A program made the position numbers and the translations under genes. Shown here in pieces: positions 60,303-64,000 of a stretch of DNA of 64,000 bases; the stretch's first letter is position 1, and every line of letters starts with the position of its first letter. The notes below the pieces were generated by a model that did no database searches, had not been told where the DNA came from, and worked only from the letters and a program-made list of their open reading frames with translations. Origin of the DNA: Candidatus Latescibacterota bacterium (GTDB lineage: Bacteria > Latescibacterota > UBA2968 > UBA8231); assembly GCA_965197905.1 (NCBI GenBank), contig CBDAOB010000002.1, forward strand, positions 384,001 through 448,000. The letters are read 5' to 3'.

Positions 60303-60647
60303 CATCTCTTCGGGGACCAAATTCGATACATTCTGATAGAATGCGAATACGGTCCCAACCACGAGAGCCAACGCACTCAAGACGACAATCTGCCTCTTTT
60401 CGTCGTAGGCAACTTTGAGGGTGATAAGCTTGACTTGCTCAATGCTACGGGAGGACAGACATCCGATTATCGTCCCGCTGATTGCCGTGTATAAAATTAG
60501 GATTATGGGTTTGTTCGAGTTACTCGTCGCGCCCGTGTACCAAATTGCCGACAACCAGAGGACTTGGAGGGAGACCATAGCGACCGGCAAATGAATCGAA
60601 CTGCGCGCGGATTCGAAAAGGGATGGGAGATTAATGCGATTGTCCAC
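60303..60647 (-). pseudogene. N-terminal fragment of a membrane protein, joined out of frame to the epimerase remnant
   Basis: Three hydrophobic helices, then an abrupt transition into epimerase sequence in another frame. Confidence 0.55.
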
Positions 60648-60733
60648 AGCTAGGTTCGATCCCGAACTAAATCCCTTTGCTCGTTTTGTAGCCGAACTGC
60701 CCGAATCGAAAGAGATTTCAACGACACTTGGGC

Positions 60734-60764
60734 AAAAAAAGAGTCACGCTGAACTGCGTGACTC
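60734..60764 (-). terminator. Intrinsic terminator after tRNA-Leu
   Basis: GAGTCACGC-AGTTCA-GCGTGACTC followed by T7 on the minus strand. Confidence 0.85.
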
Positions 60765-60780
60765 CCTATCAGGTCATCTG

Positions 60781-60867
60781 TGGTGCCGAAGCGGGGACTC
60801 GAACCCCGACGCCCGTAAAGGCACTGCCCCCTCAAGACAGCGTGTCTACCAGTTTCACCACTTCGGC
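60781..60867 (-). tRNA. tRNA-Leu(GAG)
   Basis: GCCGAAG..GGTAGAC..CTGTC-TTGAGGG-GGCAG, long variable arm, GTTCGAGTC, 3' ACCA; usual position after secG. Confidence 0.96.
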
Positions 60868-60873
60868 CCAGGG

Positions 60874-61305
60874 TCAGGGCGACTGCTCGGCTGCCGTCTC
60901 ACCTTCGGCATCGGACCCTTCCGCCCCTTCGGCATCCTCGTCGCCTTGCGATTCACTTTCGTCGGTCGCCGGCTCGTCCAGAAAACCTGCCCCCTCGTTG
61001 AGCAGTGGCGACGGCGAGGGAAAGCCGCGCTCCTCCAACATCCGCTCAGTAGCGGAGGTCGGCACGTCTCCAGAATCGTAGGTAACGGCCTGAAGCAAGC
61101 AACTCAACATGAACACAGTCGCCAATACCGCCGTTGTCTTTGTCAGAAAGGTGCTGGCAGATCGCCCCCCGAGAACAGATGAGGAGCTGAGACCTCCGCC
61201 AATCGAACTTGCAAGACCGCCTCCCTTGCCCGACTGCAGAAGTACCGCAATTATCAGCAAGAAACTTATGAGTGTGTGAAAAATGGTTACTAGAACATCC
61301 ACCAC
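60874..61305 (-). CDS. secG: Preprotein translocase subunit SecG
   Basis: VLLQSGKGGGL, FLTKTT, two TM helices; tpiA-secG-tRNA-Leu synteny. Confidence 0.93.
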   Translation of the reverse strand: MVDVLVTIFHTLISFLLIIAVLLQSGKGGGLASSIGGGLSSSSVLGGRSASTFLTKTTAVLATVFMLSCLLQAVTYDSGDVPTSATERMLEERGFPSPSPLLNEGAGFLDEPATDESESQGDEDAEGAEGSDAEGETAAEQSP

Positions 61306-61307
61306 GA

Positions 61308-62066
61308 TCAGGCCGCTTTCACGATTTCTGCGAAGTCATTCGCGTTGAGGGACGCCCCGCCGATCAATCCACCATCGATGTCGGGACATGCAAATAGCTC
61401 GGCTGCGTTTTCCGGTTTGACACTACCGCCGTATTGGATTCGAACATCCTGCGCAACATCTGCCCCTACGGTTTCGCCGAGAAACTCCCGGATCAGCCCA
61501 TGAATCTCGGCAGCCTGATCCGCTGTGGCGGTCTTTCCGGTCCCGATCGCCCACACTGGCTCGTAGGCCAAAACAACACGAGCGGCTTCCGCGGGTTCCA
61601 CCCCTCGCAATGCCGCTCCTATTTGCCCCAATACAACCGTTTCGGTATCTCCGGCGTCCCGCTGGTCTAGCGTTTCACCGATGCAAACGATCGGATTCAA
61701 TCCGGCGGCTAAAGCCGTTATCAGCTTGGTATTTACGTCCGAATCTACCTCACCGAAAAGCTGGCGTCGCTCAGAATGGCCTAATATAAGATAGGTGCAT
61801 CCACTGGTCAAGATCATGCCGGGGGAGATTTCTCCCGTAAAAGCACCGCAATCGTCGGCATGCATGTTCTGGGCGCCCAGCTCGATGGAGCTCTGCTCGA
61901 TGACCGAATGGACGGAGGCCAAAGAGGTAAACGGAGGGCAAACTACCACATCGCGATCCTCGGTGCAGCCACCCAACATGAAAACTAAATCGGTCGCCAG
62001 TTCGGCTGCTTCGGGTGCGGTAAGGTTCATCTTCCAGTTTCCTGCAACGATGGGACGTCGGCTCAT
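61308..62066 (-). CDS. tpiA: Triosephosphate isomerase
   Basis: AGNWKMN, GHSERR, AYEPVWAIGTG, YGGSVK, GGASL. Confidence 0.97.
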   Translation of the reverse strand: MSRRPIVAGNWKMNLTAPEAAELATDLVFMLGGCTEDRDVVVCPPFTSLASVHSVIEQSSIELGAQNMHADDCGAFTGEISPGMILTSGCTYLILGHSERRQLFGEVDSDVNTKLITALAAGLNPIVCIGETLDQRDAGDTETVVLGQIGAALRGVEPAEAARVVLAYEPVWAIGTGKTATADQAAEIHGLIREFLGETVGADVAQDVRIQYGGSVKPENAAELFACPDIDGGLIGGASLNANDFAEIVKAA

Positions 62067-63265
62067 TCGAATTTCTCCGAAAGGGCGGCCACTCCAGGGA
62101 GAATCCGACCGCTCAGGCACTCGAGGGAGGCGCCACCGCCCGTCGAAATATGTGTCATTTTTTCGGTCAGACCGACCTGTTTGACGGCCGCCACCGTATC
62201 GCCTCCCCCGATAATACTGGTGCAGCCGCCGTCGGTGGCCGCAGCCACAGCACTGGCGACCTCTCTGCTGCCGCGTGAGAATGGTTCGATTTCGAATATT
62301 CCCATGGGGCCGTTCCAGATGACGGTTCGTGAGCGTTGGATTTGGTTGGCAAACTGCTCGCAAGTCCGCGGGCCGATGTCGACGCCGCGCCATTCTTCTG
62401 GAAATGACTTTGAAGATACCGCTTTGGTAGTCGCATCCGCTTGAATCTCCTCCACGGCAACGGCATCGCTGGGCAAGAGGATAGGAGTCCTTTTCGCCTG
62501 CGAAGACTTCAAGATTTTCGCCGCCGTGCCAATATGGTCTTCTTCCACCAGAGACTTGCCAACCGGAAGGTTCTGAGCTCGCAAGAATGTGAACGACATC
62601 GCTCCTCCAATAAGCAAGCAATCTACCTTGTCTAGCAGATGGGCAATCAGCTCGATCTTGTCTGACACCTTCGAACCACCTAGAATCGCCGTAAACGGCT
62701 TTGCCGGATTGTGCGTTGTTTCGCTGAGAAACCGAATCTCACGTTCCATCAGCAGACCGCTAACCGACGTTCCCATGAAGTGAGTAATGCCCTCGATCGA
62801 AGCATGGGCACGGTGCGCGGATCCAAAGGCATCGTTGACATAGATATCGCCGAGGCTGGCAAGTTCACGCGAGAAATTGGAATCGTTGGATTCCTCGCCA
62901 GGGTGAAATCTCAGATTTTCGAGGAGCAGTAGCTCTCCCCGTCTCATTGAGGACAGAAGCTCTCGTAGCTTTTGCCCGTTGCAGTCGGGTGCCAGGCGGA
63001 CGGACGAACCCAGCAATCTCTGCAGAACCGGGACGACCGGGGTCAGGGAAAAGGCGTCGACTTTCTTTCCTTTGGGTCGCCCCAGATGGGACATCGCGAC
63101 GACGCTTGCGCATTCATTCAAAAGCAGCTTCAAGGTCGGAACAGCTGCCTCGATTCGAGTGGAATCAGCTACCGCCTGCGTTTCGTCGAGGGGCACGTTG
63201 AGATCGAGGCGGACAACCGCCCGCAAGTTCGTTAAGTCGATATCATTGACGGAGAGTTTTGCCAC
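62063..63265 (-). CDS. pgk: Phosphoglycerate kinase
   Basis: RLDLNVP, SHLGRP, LENLRF, NDAFG..HR.HAS, WNGPMG, STGGGASLE. Confidence 0.97.
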   Translation of the reverse strand: MAKLSVNDIDLTNLRAVVRLDLNVPLDETQAVADSTRIEAAVPTLKLLLNECASVVAMSHLGRPKGKKVDAFSLTPVVPVLQRLLGSSVRLAPDCNGQKLRELLSSMRRGELLLLENLRFHPGEESNDSNFSRELASLGDIYVNDAFGSAHRAHASIEGITHFMGTSVSGLLMEREIRFLSETTHNPAKPFTAILGGSKVSDKIELIAHLLDKVDCLLIGGAMSFTFLRAQNLPVGKSLVEEDHIGTAAKILKSSQAKRTPILLPSDAVAVEEIQADATTKAVSSKSFPEEWRGVDIGPRTCEQFANQIQRSRTVIWNGPMGIFEIEPFSRGSREVASAVAAATDGGCTSIIGGGDTVAAVKQVGLTEKMTHISTGGGASLECLSGRILPGVAALSEKFE

Positions 63266-63298
63266 AGAACACAACAAAACGTGGGAAGGTAAGGAAGG

Positions 63299-64000
63299 TC
63301 AAGAGTCCAAACTCCTTGGCGCCGTCGCGATGGCGAGTCCGCAGACCGACTCCGCCCCGTTTTCCATGAGGATGCGAGCGCAGCTGCTCATGGTAGATCC
63401 CGTTGTGATGACATCGTCCACCAGGCCGACACTTGCGCCGACCCGGGCCCCTCCCTTCCATACGAAAGCCTCTTTCATGTTGCGTCGCCGGGATTCCATG
63501 TCCAGGCTTGCCTGTTGGCGCGTTTGTATCTTACGCTGGATCAGATCGGCGCGCACCTTGAGATTCCAGACCTCGCTGATGCCGAGGCAGATATAGTCGC
63601 TCTGATTGTACCCTCGTTCCCGCTTGCGCGCTGGGTGCAGAGGTACCGGCACGAGCACGTCTATTTGCTGCATGAGCTCCGCAAACTCGGGGCTGCTGCC
63701 AAGCCGGCGGCCGCACTCGCGTCCAAGCTCCGTTTGGTGTTTGAATTTTAGGGCGAGGACGGCATTCCTGAGTGTTCCCTCGAAGTTGCCCAACACGCAG
63801 CTGCGTTGGAGCGCGGCGTCCCAGTCACGACAGATTGGGCATGAGTCTACCGTCGTATTCGAAGGACTGCTGCAACGTACGCACCGGACTTGAGAAATCC
63901 GTCCCACATCCGTCCGACAAACTTCACAGAGAATGATATTCGTTTCCAGCGGACCCGCGCAGGCCGGACACTGGGGGGGATATACGAAGTCCAGCAAACA
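63299..64000 (-). CDS. comF: ComF family protein (double zinc ribbon + PRTase); start at or beyond the window edge
   Basis: Four CxxC pairs, PVPLH..R..ERGYNQ, LVDDVITTGST. Confidence 0.92.
   Translation of the reverse strand, partial: CLLDFVYPPQCPACAGPLETNIILCEVCRTDVGRISQVRCVRCSSPSNTTVDSCPICRDWDAALQRSCVLGNFEGTLRNAVLALKFKHQTELGRECGRRLGSSPEFAELMQQIDVLVPVPLHPARKRERGYNQSDYICLGISEVWNLKVRADLIQRKIQTRQQASLDMESRRRNMKEAFVWKGGARVGASVGLVDDVITTGSTMSSCARILMENGAESVCGLAIATAPRSLDS

Noticed and set aside
61308..62621. 437-aa TpiA with a long N-terminal extension
   Set aside because: The extension overlaps pgk in another frame; the real start is the ATG at 62066 overlapping the pgk stop.

Overview
64 kb of mostly GC-rich chromosome from a diderm bacterium. 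The combination of a SprA translocon, a protein with a T9SS/FlgD-type C-terminal domain, SelA and GlnD suggests a non-Bacteroidota member of the FCB group (Latescibacterota/Gemmatimonadota-like; inference only). Left to right: (1) a long minus-strand run (porin, FMN-binding protein, putative heme-b membrane protein, secreted protein, PLP D-amino-acid enzyme, methyltransferase, GT39-like protein, O-antigen-ligase-like protein, anmK, M16 peptidase N-terminus) divergent from feoA-feoB; (2) a minus-strand run sprA-comEA-pilM-pilN/O fusion-coaD-obgE-dprA divergent from lptFG; (3) a degenerate PAS/HisKA gene pair divergent from an orphan fliG; (4) selA, a 7xLysM amidase, two oxidoreductases, and ATP-grasp-larE-def; (5) tRNA-Asp, an MFS transporter, a DUF2330-CTD protein, an internalin-like LRR protein, htpX, glnD, lon and hflX; (6) an AT-richer, apparently decaying polysaccharide locus downstream of tRNA-Leu, then secG, tpiA, pgk and comF. 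No CRISPR array, integrase or transposase was recognised. Four probable single-base indels sit in G/C runs and may be assembly errors. The best candidates for new biology are the SprA-competence/pilus gene run and the porin-flavin-heme module paired with Feo. All product calls come from motif recognition by eye; no database searches were run.
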